From NCBI GenBank assembly GCA_964016885.1, contig OZ024741.1:411556001-411620000 (forward strand): a DNA stretch of 64,000 bases, written 5' to 3'. The stretch is from Eledone cirrhosa. Taxonomy: Eukaryota. The position numbers and the translations under genes were made by a program. Shown here piece after piece: positions 15,552-27,925 of the stretch (its first letter is position 1; the number at the start of each line of letters is the position of its first letter). A model generated the notes under the pieces. That model saw only the letters and a program-made list of their open reading frames with translations. It made no database searches and was not told where the DNA came from.

Positions 15552-16376
15552 TTTATAGAAAGAAACCTTCACCGATTTCAGTGGAAAATAATTATTTTTC
15601 TTCAGTTTTTTTGTGTGTTATAAATTAAATGTACCTCCTAATATGGTGCAAAGGACTTTTTTCCTGGAAAAGGAAAGAGGAGGGGTGAACCTCGGACTTT
15701 TTACCTCCTCTGAGTTTTCTTTACCATTTTTGTTCCTTGCTATTTTTTTTTTGTGCTATCAACTAATCTTACCACTAATCTTAACATGCTGCAAAGGACT
15801 TTTTACCTGGAAAACAGAGTGGGGAGCGAGGACCCTCAGACCTGCCCCTTTTCTGAGAGTTTTCTTTACCCCCTAACCCTAACTTCAACCATAACCCAAG
15901 CACTGGAGGGGGGGGCTTTGCAGCATGTTCAGAGGTTAGATGGTAGCTTACGGAAAAAAAAAAATATATATCAAGGGAAAAAATATGGTAGGAAAACTTG
16001 GGAGAGTGTGTCTGAGGTTCCCTTCTCCCCTTCCATTTTCCAGGAAAAATTATCCTTTGCAGCATATTAACCCTTTAGCATTTACATTATTGTATACTTA
16101 CTATTGTATTTTCACAGTAAAGGCTTTATTTTACATAATTATCTATCATCATCAATATTAAATCTACGAGATTTTGGTGTCACTTGTTTTGAGAGCAATA
16201 CCTTAATATAAGTATGAGTAGCCAGTTACGGCTGATTTGAACAGAAAGAGGTGAGAGAATTCTGGCCGGATATGGCTGGTTTAAATGCTAAAGGGTAAGT
16301 TTAATTGGTAACATACGAAAAAAACTGAAGAAAAGTATTATTTTCCACTGAAATAGGAGAAGGTTTCCTTCTATAA
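15552..16376. mobile_element. Palindromic foldback/MITE-like element
   Basis: 15552-15620 is the imperfect reverse complement of 16309-16376. The inner arm 15641-15735 is inverted to ~15975-16066, with a direct copy at ~15785-15870. CCCTAA-like repeats lie at ~15872-15897. Confidence 0.7.
16071..16295. mobile_element. piggyBac-type MITE nested in the foldback element
   Basis: TTAA|CCCTTTAGCATTTA ... TAAATGCTAAAGGG|TAAG: 14-bp perfect TIR with CCC/GGG ends; TTAA on the left, degenerate on the right. Confidence 0.7.
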
Positions 16377-16377
16377 T

Positions 16378-16575
16378 ATAATAATAATAATAATGAAATT
16401 ATTGTGTACAGTGCTCAGGTGCACTACAACTCATCAAAGGTGCATGTATAGTACATAGAATTATGTAGAAATATCAGGGAAGTGAATAGTGTATGAGTCA
16501 TGATATACATGTGTGTTTGGAGGGGGAACATTAGGTGTAGTGTTGGCGAATCTCAGGAAGCATGGAAGTCTTAAA
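16378..16575 (-). mobile_element. 3' tail of a 5'-truncated LINE (CR1-like)
   Basis: Minus strand reads ...FKTSMLPEIRQHYT*, then a short UTR and a (TTA)n tail. The family call is from recalled similarity only. Confidence 0.4.
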
Positions 16576-16640
16576 GGGTAACACCAACATTTTCTTGAAA
16601 ATATATTGTAGGTCTTTATTTTTATTTCTTTTACTTTCAG

Positions 16641-16832
16641 TTTACTTCTAAGTTATTTTCTGTAGTTGAGAAAAGTGATGAAATGTGTGGTAAAAGCTGT
16701 ATACCTCAGTTGATGGGTTGGAAACATGTTCTTGGTTCTGTAGTGAGTGACGCTGAGGTGATCACTTTATCAAACTCAAACCTTTATCCTTTACTCTCAA
16801 TGATGCCCACAAATTCTTTAGTTATGTCACAA
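16641..16832 (+). CDS. Host-gene exon A (phase 0-0): FTSKLFSVVEKSDEMCGK...LMGWKHVLGSVV...SLVMSQ
   Basis: Polypyrimidine-TTTCAG acceptor, GTAAGG donor, 64 open codons; joins exon B in frame. Confidence 0.7.
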
Positions 16833-16902
16833 GTAAGGAATAATGTCTCTTCTTTGACCTCTTTTGTTTTACTTATTTATTTATTTATTTATTCTACACT
16901 TT

Positions 16903-17166
16903 CATCATCATCATCATCATCACCACAAGCACCACCACTATCACCACCACCACCGCTACCATACCACCACCACCATACCACCACCACTGCCACCATCAGC
17001 ATCACCATCACCATCACCACCATCACCATCGCCACCACCACCATCACCACCATCACCATCACCACCAGCACCACGACCACCACCATCACCACCACCACCA
17101 TCACCACCATCACCACCATCACCACCAGCACCACCATCACCACCAGCACACCCACCAGCACCAGCA
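16903..17166. repeat. (CAT/CAC)n trinucleotide microsatellite
   Basis: Read directly; explains the poly-H/T/P ORFs. Confidence 0.95.
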
Positions 17167-17274
17167 CTCATTCCTCTTACACCCAGTTTCTCCCTCAGTC
17201 CATCCATGCTTTCTCATTCTTTCACATTAACATTGCACATCCATCGAAGCATGTTTACCTCATTTCACTCCATC

Positions 17275-20200
17275 CACCACATTCACTGCCCATATATCAC
17301 TACCATGTAGCATTACACTACACACAAGTGTCATACAGTCACCACATGTCCTCTACATTCACTGCCCATATATCACTACCATGTAGCATTACACTACACA
17401 CAAGTGTCATACAGTCACCTCATGTCCTCTACATTCACTGCCCATATATCACTACCATGTAGCATTACACTGCACACAAATGTCATACAGTCACCACATG
17501 TCCTCTACATTCACTGCCCATATATCACTACCATGTATCATTACACTGCACACAAATGGCATACAGCCACCACATGTCCTCTACATTCACTGCCCATATA
17601 TCACTACCATGTAGCATTACACTGCACACAAATGGCATACAGCCACCACATGTGCTCTACATTCACTGCCCATATATCACTACCATGTAGCATTACACTA
17701 CACACGAATGTCATACAGTCACCACATGTCCTCTACATTCACTGCCCATATATCACTACCATGTAGCATTACACTACACACACATGTCATACAGCCACCA
17801 CATGTCCTCTACATTCACTGCCCATATATCACTACCATGTAGCATTACACTACACACACATGTCATACAATCACCACATGTCCTCTACATTCACTGCCCA
17901 TATATCACTACCATGTAGTATTACACTACACGCAAATGTCATACAGTCACCACAATTCTGCTACATTCACTGCCCATATATCACTACCATGTAGCATTAA
18001 ACTACACACAAATGTCATACAGTCACCACATGTCCTCTACATTCACTGCCCATATATCACTACCATGTAGCATTACACTACACACACATGTCATACAGCC
18101 ACCACATGTCCTCTACATTCACTGCCCATATATCACTACCATGTAGCATTACACTACACACGCATGTCATACAGCCACCACATGTCCTCTACATTCAATG
18201 CCCATATATCACTACCATGTAGCATTACACTACACGCAAATGTCATACAGTCACCACATGTGCTCTACATTCACTGCCCATATCTCACCATGTAGCATTA
18301 CACTATAAACAAATGTCATAAAGTCACCACATGTCTGCTACATTCACTGCCCATATATCACTACCATGTAGCATTACACTATACACAAATGTCATACAGT
18401 CACCACATGTCCTCTACATTCACTGCCCATATATCTCACCATGTAGCATTACACTATAAACAAATGTCATACAGTCACCACATGTCTGCTACATTCACTG
18501 CCCATATATCACTACCATGTAGCATTACACTATACACAAATGTCATACAGTCACCACATGTCCTCTACATTCACTGCCCACAATATCACTACCATGTAGC
18601 ATTACACTATACACAAATGTCATACAGTCACCACATGTCTGTTACATTCAGTGCCCACAATATCACTACCATGTAGCATTACACTACACACAAATGTCAT
18701 ACAGCCACCACATGTCCTCTACATCCACTGCCCATATATCACTACCATGTAGCATTACACTGCACACAAATGTCATACAGCCACCACATGTCCTCTACAT
18801 TCACTGCCCATATATCACTACCATGTAGCATTACACTGCACACAAATGTCATACAGCCACCACATGTCCTCTACATTCACTGCCCATATATCACTACCAT
18901 GTAGCATTACACTGCACACAAATGTCATACAGTCACCACATGTCCTCTACATTCACTGCCCATATAACACTACCATGTACCATTACACTACACACGAATG
19001 TCATACAGTCACCACATGTCCTCTACATTCACTGCCCATATATCACTACCATGTAGCATTACACTACACACACATGTCATACAGCCACCACATGTCCTCT
19101 ACATTCACTGCCCATATATCACTACCATGTAGCATTACACTACACACACATGTCATACAGTCACCACATGTCCTCTACATTCACTGCCCATATATCACTA
19201 CCATGTAGCATTACACTACACACAAATGTCATACAGCCACCACATGTCCTCTACATTCACTGCCCATATATCACTACCATGTACCATTACACTACAAATG
19301 TCATACAGCCACCACATGTCCTCTACATTCACTGCCCATATATCACTACCATGTAGCATTACACTACACACAAATGGCATAGAGCCACCACATGTCCTCT
19401 ACATTCACTGCCCATATATCACTACCATGTAGCATTACACTACACGCAAATGTCATACAGTCACCACAATTCTGCTACATTCACTGCCCATATATCACTA
19501 CCATGTAGCATTACACTACACGCAAATGTCATACAGTCACCACAATTCTGCTACATTCACTGCCCATATATCACTACCATGTAGCATTACACTACACGCA
19601 AATGTCATACAGTCACCACAATTCTGCTACATTCACTGCCCATATATCACTACCATGTAGCATTACACTACACACAAATGTCATACAGCCACCACATGTC
19701 CTCTACATTCACTGCCCATATATCACTACCATGTAGCATTACACTACACACAAATGTCATACAGTCACCACATGTCCTCTACATTCACTGCCCATATATC
19801 ACTACCATGTAGCATTACACTACACACAAATGTCATACAGCCACCACATGTCCTCTACATTCACTGCCCATATATCACTACCATGTAGCATTACACTACA
19901 CACAAATGTCATACGGTCACCACATGTCTGTTACATTCACTGCCCATATATCACTACTATGTAGCATTACACTACACACAAATGTCATACAGTCACCACA
20001 TGTCTGTTACATTCACTGCCCATATCTCACCATGTAGCATTACACTGCACACAAATGCCATACAGTCACCACATGTCCTCTACATTCACTGCCCATATAT
20101 CTCACCATGTAGCATTACACTATAAACAAATGTCATAGTCACCACATGTCTGCTACATTCACTGCCCATATATCACTACCATGTAGCATTACACTACACA

Positions 20201-20857
20201 CAAATGTCATACAATCACCACATGTCCTCTACATTCAATGCCCATATATCACTACCATGTAGCATTACACTACACAAAAATGTCATACAGTCACCACATG
20301 TCCTCTAGATTCACTGCCCATATCTCACCATGTAGGATTACACTATACACAAATGTCATACTGTCACCACATGTCCTCTACATTCACTGCCCATATATCT
20401 CACCATGTAGCATTACACTATACACAAATGTCATACAGCCACCACATGTCCTCTACATTCACTGCCCATATTTCACCATGTAGCATTACACTATAAACAA
20501 ATGTCATACAGCCACCACATGTCCTCTACATTCACTGCCCATATCTCACCATGTAGCATTACACTGCACAGAAATGTCATACAGTCACCACATGTTCTCT
20601 ACATTCACTGCCCATATATCACTACAATGTAGCATTACACTACACACACATGTCATACAGCCACCACATGTTCTCTACATTCACTGCCCATATATCACTA
20701 CCATGTAGCATTACACTACACACAAATGTCATACAATCACCACATGTCCTCTACATTCAATGCCCATATTTCACCATGTAGCATTACACTACACACAAAT
20801 GTCATACAATCACCACATGTCCTCTACATTCACTGCCCATATCTCACCATGTAGCAT
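17275..20857. repeat. 76-bp satellite, about 47 copies
   Basis: Unit CATTCACTGCCCATATATCACTACCATGTAGCATTACACTACACACAAATGTCATACAGTCACCACATGTCCTCTA; copies start at 17280, 17356, etc. Shorter deletion variants cluster at ~18.3-18.5 kb and ~20.0-20.8 kb. Confidence 0.97.
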
Positions 20858-21064
20858 TTTAAAATGGTACTCTCAATTAAATCATGTGATACCATTTTGC
20901 TAGTTTAAGAGCAGATGAGGGTGAAGATGTGTAAACTTGTCTTGTACATCATCTGTCTTTATTTCCCTCTTTCAGTCACTTCTGTGTACCAACACACTTC
21001 TTGTCCTCCTTCTCCTCTCTCAATCTTTTCTATATTTCATCTGCCTGTCACCCACCTTGTGGAC

Positions 21065-21308
21065 TGTCTCTCTGTTGACCACTAGCCACTGGTCTCTCTC
21101 CTCTGTTTACCACTGGCTGCTGGTTTCTGTCCTCTGAGACATTATATTTCATATGTCTCTCTGTTGACCACTGGCTGCTGGTCTCTCTCCTCTGAGACAT
21201 TATATTTCATATGTCTCTCTGTTGACCACTGGCCACTGGTCTCTCTCCTCTGAGACATTATATTTCATATGTCTCTCTGTTGACCACTGGCTGCTGGTCT
21301 CTGTCCTC
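21065..21308. repeat. 58-bp minisatellite, about 4 copies
   Basis: Unit TGTCTCTCTGTTGACCACTGGCTGCTGGTCTCTCTCCTCTGAGACATTATATTTCATA. Confidence 0.9.
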
Positions 21309-21945
21309 AGGCATTTTTGCCCTTCACTGTCTTTGGCAGCATTTAGCTGTTTTAACGACTGTTCTAGTGACGAGTTTTCTCATTTATATATGTATTGAAA
21401 TACACTCTTGCTTCATCTCAATCAGAGGCAACATTGTTTTTCATTTAATTTTGTAAATGTTTGTCTTACTATATCTGGGGTTACATGGGCCTTGCCAGAA
21501 GTATAGGGGCTGGGACATCACATTAGTGGAAATGGATTAGAGATAGCGTTTGCTTCTTTGACAGGGCGGGCCTCTCTTACTCTGATTTCTGATCAGAGTT
21601 TGGGGTACTCCAGGGTCTCAAATAATCACTCCTCGCCCCCAGCTTATTACATTTTACTAATCTATCTCCAACAAAATTTTATTTTAATTTTCTTTATACA
21701 TTAAAAAATATAAATACATTACAAAAAAAAAGTACATTACTAGAAATCCCATTTGTTATAAAATATAAAATAAATATGCTAGGCTGGGGTCTCAATATGT
21801 AAACTAAACAACTAATTCTGGTTTTTAAAAGAAATCAATGAAGACAACCTAGAAAAATTACCAATCCCCACCCAGGTGCTTAATCCCTTTTCATGAGAAA
21901 CATGGTAAGAAAACGGTTCAACTGTTTATATTTCTGTTATTTTAG

Positions 21946-22303
21946 AAAGAAACTGAATTAATTCTAAAATCTAAACAAGAACAAGAGCAACAAGAACAAG
22001 GAGAACAAGATGGAATCTTCCAGAAATTATGCCAAGAAGCTATTGCCAGGAACTGCAGCAGATCTAACTTCTGCCAAAGTCAGACATCTCCAAGTTCTTT
22101 ACATTTAGCATTTGAGGTTGAGTGTTGTCTATCAAGTTTAGTCTTGAGTAAAAGTTTAATCTCAGACTCAACAGAAGAACATCCAGTCACAGTGTCATAT
22201 AGTTCAACAAGTTCTTCCTCTTGTCAAGAAGAGCAACAGAAGGGAGGTAATCAAGAATGGAAACGGTTCCTACAGAGTAAATCTTCTGCTTCAGATGAAG
22301 AAG
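21946..22303 (+). CDS. Host-gene exon B (phase 0-1): KETELILKSKQEQEQ...QEWKRFLQSKSSASDEE
   Basis: TTTTAG acceptor, G|GTAATT donor, 119 open codons plus 1 nt; phase matches exon C. Confidence 0.75.
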
Positions 22304-22338
22304 GTAATTTTAGTACAGACATTTGTTTGTGCATGTCA

Positions 22339-23930
22339 TATCATCATCATCATCATCGTTTAACGTCCATCTTCCACGCTTGCATGGGTTTAGACGGGAA
22401 TTTTCCCACTTGAGGCAAGATTGGTTGTCTTTCTCGTATAGGACTGTCTGGCGGGTTTTCTACGGCTGGATGCCCTTCCTAACACCAACCACGTTTACAG
22501 TGTGAACTGGGAGGTTTTTACTGTGTTACCTACACGGCCACATTACAGCGTGGACTGTGTGTTTTTTTTTTGTCGTGACACCTACACGACCTCATTTATT
22601 TCGGACTGGATGTTGTGGTACCAACATAACTTTACATCGAAAGGGGTGGTGTGGATGGGGTGAGGGTAGTAGGACAGGTGTGTATTTTTGTTAAGAGGTG
22701 CCTACTGACTGTAGGTTTCGCTTTGTACTTAGGCAAGGCGGGTCTTCTGTATTACTGTGTAGCGCCAAAGATCTCGGTCCAGTGACATTGTCTTGGGGAA
22801 GTGTAAGTGTGTGAGGTCGGAATTTATCAAGTCATCCCAGGTTTTTCTGGGTGTGCCTACTCCGTGGCTACCGTCTATTTTTATCGCCCTGCACTTTTTT
22901 TATACAGCTGTCGTCTTTCATGTGCATCACGTGACCGTACCAACGTAGTCTTCTCTCGAGTAAACAACATCTGATTCCTCTTATTCCTAATTTCTCCCTT
23001 AGTTCATTTATGCTTTGCCGTTCACGTATATTACTATTACACATCCAACGGAGCATGCAAGCTTCGTTCCTCTCCAGTCTGCGTATATCCTCGGCACACA
23101 ATGCCCAAGTCTCACTGCCATGTAACATTGCTGTTCGTATACAGGCATCATACAGCCTGCCTTTCATTTTTAGAGAGAACCCTTTAGCGGCCAATAGCGG
23201 TATAAGCTCTCTGAACTTTTTCCATCCCATTCTGACTCTAGCTACTGTACTTTCAGAGCACCCGCCACCACTGCTGATTTTGTCACCCAGGTAACGGAAG
23301 GTGTCCACTATTTCTATAGAACCATCTGTGCAATGGAATGAGTTAGTATTCTGTGGGCACTTACTGCTACTTATTGCACCTGAGCACCGGCCACATATAA
23401 AATCTATATTCTTAGTTAGCTTACCTATGATCCCACTACATCTTTTATGCACCCATACTAAAAATGGAGTTTCTGCCTACTCCTTTCCTACACACTGAGT
23501 ATGGCCATTTCCCAGATGGGACCAATGCCCTATTTTCCTTCCTACAAACTAGAACTTTAGTCTTAGACAGGTTAATTTTAAGGCCTTTTGATTCTAGGCC
23601 ATGCTTCCATGTTTGGAATTTCTTTTCTAGTTCAGCCATTGATTCAGCTATGAGCATTAGATAATCTGCGTATAGGAGTTCCCATGAGCAGCCAGTCTTG
23701 AACTCCTCTGTTATAGCCTGAAGGGCAATAATAAATAGTAGGGGGCTAAGGACGGAGCCCTGATGAACACCAACTTTTATGCTAAACTCTTCACTATATT
23801 CGTTGTTAATTCTAACCTTGCTGACTGTTTCTTTATACATGGCTTGTATAGCTCTCACAAGCCATTCATCAACACCTAGTTTTCTAAGAGCCCACCAGAT
23901 AATGGAGCGGGGTACTCTGTCAAAGGCTTT
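22339..23930 (-). mobile_element. 5'-truncated, frameshifted RTE-clade LINE (RT domain, C-terminus, 3' UTR, (GAT)n tail)
   Basis: ORFs 23445-23960 (KAFDRV, GVHQGSVLSPLLF, LLYADY) and 22868-23452 (FRYLG, ARVRMGWKKFREL, KGRLYDACIRTAMLHGSETW, RRLRWYGHV); tail GTTAAAC(GAT)n at ~22341-22363. Confidence 0.92.
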
Positions 23931-24313
23931 ATATGTGGGTTTAACTCCCATGTACGTCAATACTCATCTTTTTCCATTTCTCCGAGGGTTCTTAACCCCA
24001 CTATCAGGCTAAATAATTTTCTTTAATTTCTTTAGTCAAAATACAACGAAAGCTTACATTTATAATTTAAAACCTGCTCGCTGTTTCGAAAATACATAAA
24101 CGGAGAAAGCTATTAGCGATACTCCAACCAATATCCAAGTCACTCAACAAACATAAGGAAATACCGGAGTATATTCCCAATTAAACATTTGGGGTGCTAA
24201 CTATATTGTGTGAATAATTGGTTGTATTATTTTATATGAGATATATTAAAATCTCATTCCCCATACGATCGTTTCATTATAAGATTTCTACATGGAGGAT
24301 GAAATTTTACCAA

Positions 24314-24318
<5 letters not shown>
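23931..24318 (-). mobile_element. Truncated pseudo-LTR of another PLE family (PLE-4) with the 3' half of a minimal hammerhead
   Basis: Minus strand GAAAC-GATC-GTA at 24275-24264; abuts (TA)n; no CTGANGA upstream. Confidence 0.5.
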
Positions 24319-24345
<27 letters not shown>

Positions 24346-27300
24346 ACGAAGGAATTGTGGTAAGGAACCAGATAGACCACAACGCACCAAATTACTCAAT
24401 ACTTAGTGTAGTAGAGTGGGTAATAGGAACAAGTATGACCCCGAAGGCAGAGCTCAAGCCGTTTCGACGGCTATTTCTAGACTAAGTAAGAATTTTTAGC
24501 CTGGTAAATAAATAGCCAAACTTATCAAGGGGTACTTCCTTATATGGGAAGAGAGTAATTGTCAAGAGGATTGGTTAAAATTTGTTATAAAGACAAATAA
24601 ATCTACCATGGCATTTGGTGGGAGGGAGGAGTGGCTGAACTTGCCGGTAGAACAAAGAGGGAGTGAAGAAAGTCAGGCAGGCATTGAAAGTGAAATCTAT
24701 ACAGCAGATTCTAAGGATAGTGTATAAAAAGTCGAAAAATTGTACTGGAGAAAAGGAGGAGGGGAGTTGAAAGAATAGGTAAGTCGAAAGGGAGTAAAAT
24801 AAAAATTAAAATAAAAAAATAATAAATATATAAAAAAAGTTTTGATAGTGAGAAATGAATAAAAAAAAACAGTAGAGTCTAGAAACAACTGCTATAATTA
24901 GTAGGTATTGCTAAGCTATAGAAAAGTTTAATAGGTAGAGGATGGGAAAATACTAAATAAGAGATTGTAGTTGGTAGTGAAAAAATTTAAAGCAGGCTTT
25001 ACAGGGGGTCTAACACAGCTGCTATACATAGTTAGTAAAGCGTAATCAGCCAATGCTATCTTACAATTACAGGTTAATAAGTTGAGAAAAAAATAATACT
25101 AAATAAGAAATTTAGAAATTGTAGAATTGGAGTAGTAACAAAAAAGAAGAAATTACAGGGGTCTAACACATCTGCTTAAAATAAGGCGTAATCGGCCAAT
25201 TCTATCTTTAAATTACGGGGGTGGGGTACTGAGGCTACAGAGGACCGATGGGCTGCATCGGGGTAGGCGAAAGGTGAAAAACAGACGAGGAAGAAGATCG
25301 GGGGTAGAAGGAAGTGATAGGATGGGATGGGGGGAAGAAGGAAACGTAGAGGAAAAGAAAAAAGGTACATCTACCTATGTAAGCAGGGGTTTCCCCTTAC
25401 AAAATCGGCAAGTGTGTGTGTGTGGGGGGGGTATCAGCCCTTGTCTACCCACCCGGGTCGTTATGAGGTTTGAGGGCGAGGTAAGTCCTACAAAATCTGT
25501 GTTTGCATGCGGTTACCAGTTCGTCTTTCTTGTTTAGGAGTTGGTCCTTCGAAAACAGCATTTGTAATGTTTCCTCCGAGCATAAGTTACACGGACGGCG
25601 TCCTCCCATGTAAGAGTTAGCTCTGGACAGTAAGCTCCAAGTGAGATTGTAGGTTATATTATTATCTTTGAGGTCCCAGATGTGGCTCGAAAGTGTAGTG
25701 GCATGTCGCCGGACCGTGTTTCGGAAAGTATGTCGGTGTTGGTAGAGCCGGGTCTTGAAGTCACAAGCGGTTAATCCTATATAAGCTTTGTTGGAGGTGT
25801 CCGTCCTCACGTTGCACTGGTAGATCACATTGCATTCTCGGCATCTGTTGTTGAGGGGGCACATGGATCTATCAGGACAGTTACACCTCCTGGTCGGCTC
25901 TCCATCTAGGTTATTTCTTCCATAGGGGTTGAGTTTTTTGTTGTTAGAGGAGACGATGTTTTGTGCGAAGTTAGGTGTGGTGCTGTAGGAGAGTTTGATG
26001 GTGTTTTTGTTGATTATGTTGTGGTAGCGGTGTTGTAGTGGGAAGTGTTTTTCGAGGAACCTAAAGAAGATTTTCTCGATAGGTGCTGCCACCTCGGCAT
26101 TGTGGGGAGGATTGAACCACGTTACGTTGCGTGAGCGGCGGCGTCGCCTGCTGGTTCCGCTAATGGAAGCTGGATAAAAGGATATTTCCTCCCGGAAGCC
26201 ACTCCGCTTGAGGGCCTGGTTGTAATGAGGCGCGTGTTCATCGAATATTTGCTCATTAGCGGACAAACGAGATATGTGGAGGGAGATATTTTTAACCAGG
26301 TTATTGGTGATGTTTCTAGGATGGTTAGAGCGGCGGTGGATATAATGCAGGTTGTCGTTTGGTTTCCTGTATGGGTAGTACAGATCATTTTCGAGTTTAA
26401 GGGTAACGTCAAGGAAGTTAACTCGGGTTAGGAACGTTAGTAGGGTTATTTAAATCCCCAGTCCCGGAAGAAGCTGATTAGTTGTTTACGGACCCGGTCT
26501 GTACCACTGGGGTTGTACCATTTGAGGGTGAGGAGCCCATCATCGCGGTATAATCCACGCCGAATGCAGGAAACCTTTCGGTGAGTTTAAATAGTAGGAA
26601 TAATCCTATAAGATCTGTGACTTCGGCCGAATCTGTCGCGCCCATACTGACGTCGAAGGGGGAGTCGGGATCTCTCTTTATCCACTTGGAGTTGTCGAAA
26701 AGTAGGACTGTCTTCCTGGCGTGGAGAATGATATTTCTTTCCTGGTCGATAATGGGTGTGAGTGTTTCGGCAAAGTCCAAGGCGGCCCTAAGGAGCGGTA
26801 AGGTAATAGATGCATAGTAACTCTCTATGTCAAACTGGATGAATTTACTGTTTCGTTTGTCCTCCATATTCCTGAACCATGAGATTACTTCCTGGGTGCT
26901 GACCGATAGGCTAAGTCTCGCATTTTGCTTAACTTTTGGTATAAAGCGGTCTAGAATCTTTTTACTGATTCTCCCTATGTCCAACTTCGTTGGGTTTATA
27001 AGCCTGATAGATGGTTTGCAGTCGAAGTCGGATTTGTGGTCCTTCAGTCTGAAGTAGGGGGTCCGTGGGTCTAAAGGTTCAGTGCGGTCGGCGTCCCCGA
27101 GGCTGGAGGTAATTTGTTGTCCATCTCGATTGATGTCCTCGATAATTGAATGGTTAGCCTTTTATAGGTGGAGTTTAGGCTGCTCCTGATCAGTGTGTGG
27201 TATCTGTCAGGGCTGACGAAGTAGAGGTTTCCTGTTTTGTCCGAGTGCACCATGATGTTCTTGGTGTTTTCATACTCTGTTATTTTGCTACGGAGTTTTT

Positions 27301-27619
27301 GTAGGAATCTGTTGTGTCTGGGTTTGAATTTAATGCTCTTGACCAGGTGGAAAAGGTCGTTCTCGAAGGGTGAGAGCATAGGGTTCGGAGGGGGAGATTT
27401 GTAGGTATTGAATCCGAATCGCTCCTTGGTATCGAAGTCCTGATTGTCGCGGTATCTGTCGTAGAAAAAAGTTCTCCATCTTAGTCTTTTCGCAAAAAGG
27501 TCGATTTTTTGCGTGAGCATCCGAAGGTAAAGTTTTCTCGATGGAACTGGAATGTTCTTGGTGGAGAAGTCGATGTTGTGTTTTCGTTCGCATGGTGCGG
27601 GTGAATAAACTTGAGCTGC
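24346..27619 (-). mobile_element. Penelope-like element PLE-1, near full length and frameshifted; RT plus C-terminal GIY-YIG (Hydra-clade-like)
   Basis: Pieces: FSTKNIP / HSDKTGNLY; FIQFDIESYY / MGATDSAEVTDLIGLFLL; RGLYRDDGL (frameshifted, ~26540); CNCPDRSMCPLNNRC, VIY..AYIG, CNLC..E, CKH. Probable ATG at 27593. Flanked by (TA)n on both sides. Confidence 0.93.
24431..24537 (-). ncRNA. Type I hammerhead ribozyme motif, U3-A8 core variant, in the PLE-1 pLTR
   Basis: AAGUACCCC-UUGAUAA-long stem II (GGCUAUUU/AAAUAGCC)-GAAA-CGGC..GCC-UUC-GGGGUCAUACUU; one C.U mismatch at the base of stem III. Confidence 0.7.
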
Positions 27620-27711
<92 letters not shown>

Positions 27712-27713
27712 TA

Positions 27714-27803
27714 CAGGGTGTCCCCAAACATATATCGACCATTCTAATAAATATTGCCTGTACAGGTAATAAAAGTGTGTATACATTGTTAGGGGATACC
27801 CTG
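27714..27803. mobile_element. 90-bp Tc1/mariner-type MITE
   Basis: TA|CAGGGTGTCCCC ... GGGGATACCCTG TIRs within a TA-rich tract. Confidence 0.7.
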
Positions 27804-27925
27804 TGTATGTATATATATATATATGTATATTATATGTCTCTCTCTTCCATTTTCCTTCTCTGTCTCCTTCTCTCTCTCTCTTTCAATCTACTCTCTCACA
27901 ACCACTATCTCTTTCTCTCTCTCTA

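Noticed and set aside
17275-20857. CRISPR-like array, or His/Cys-rich ORFs
   Set aside because: Head-to-tail repeats with no unique spacers, no cas genes, eukaryotic context; the 76-bp unit is not a multiple of 3.
21832-21875. Possible micro-exon EINEDNLEKLPIPTQ
   Set aside because: Starts in phase 1 while exon A ends in phase 0; weak splice sites; exon A joins exon B directly.
27541-27786. (YI)n ORFs and N-terminal extensions of PLE-1
   Set aside because: Translation of the (TA)n tract.
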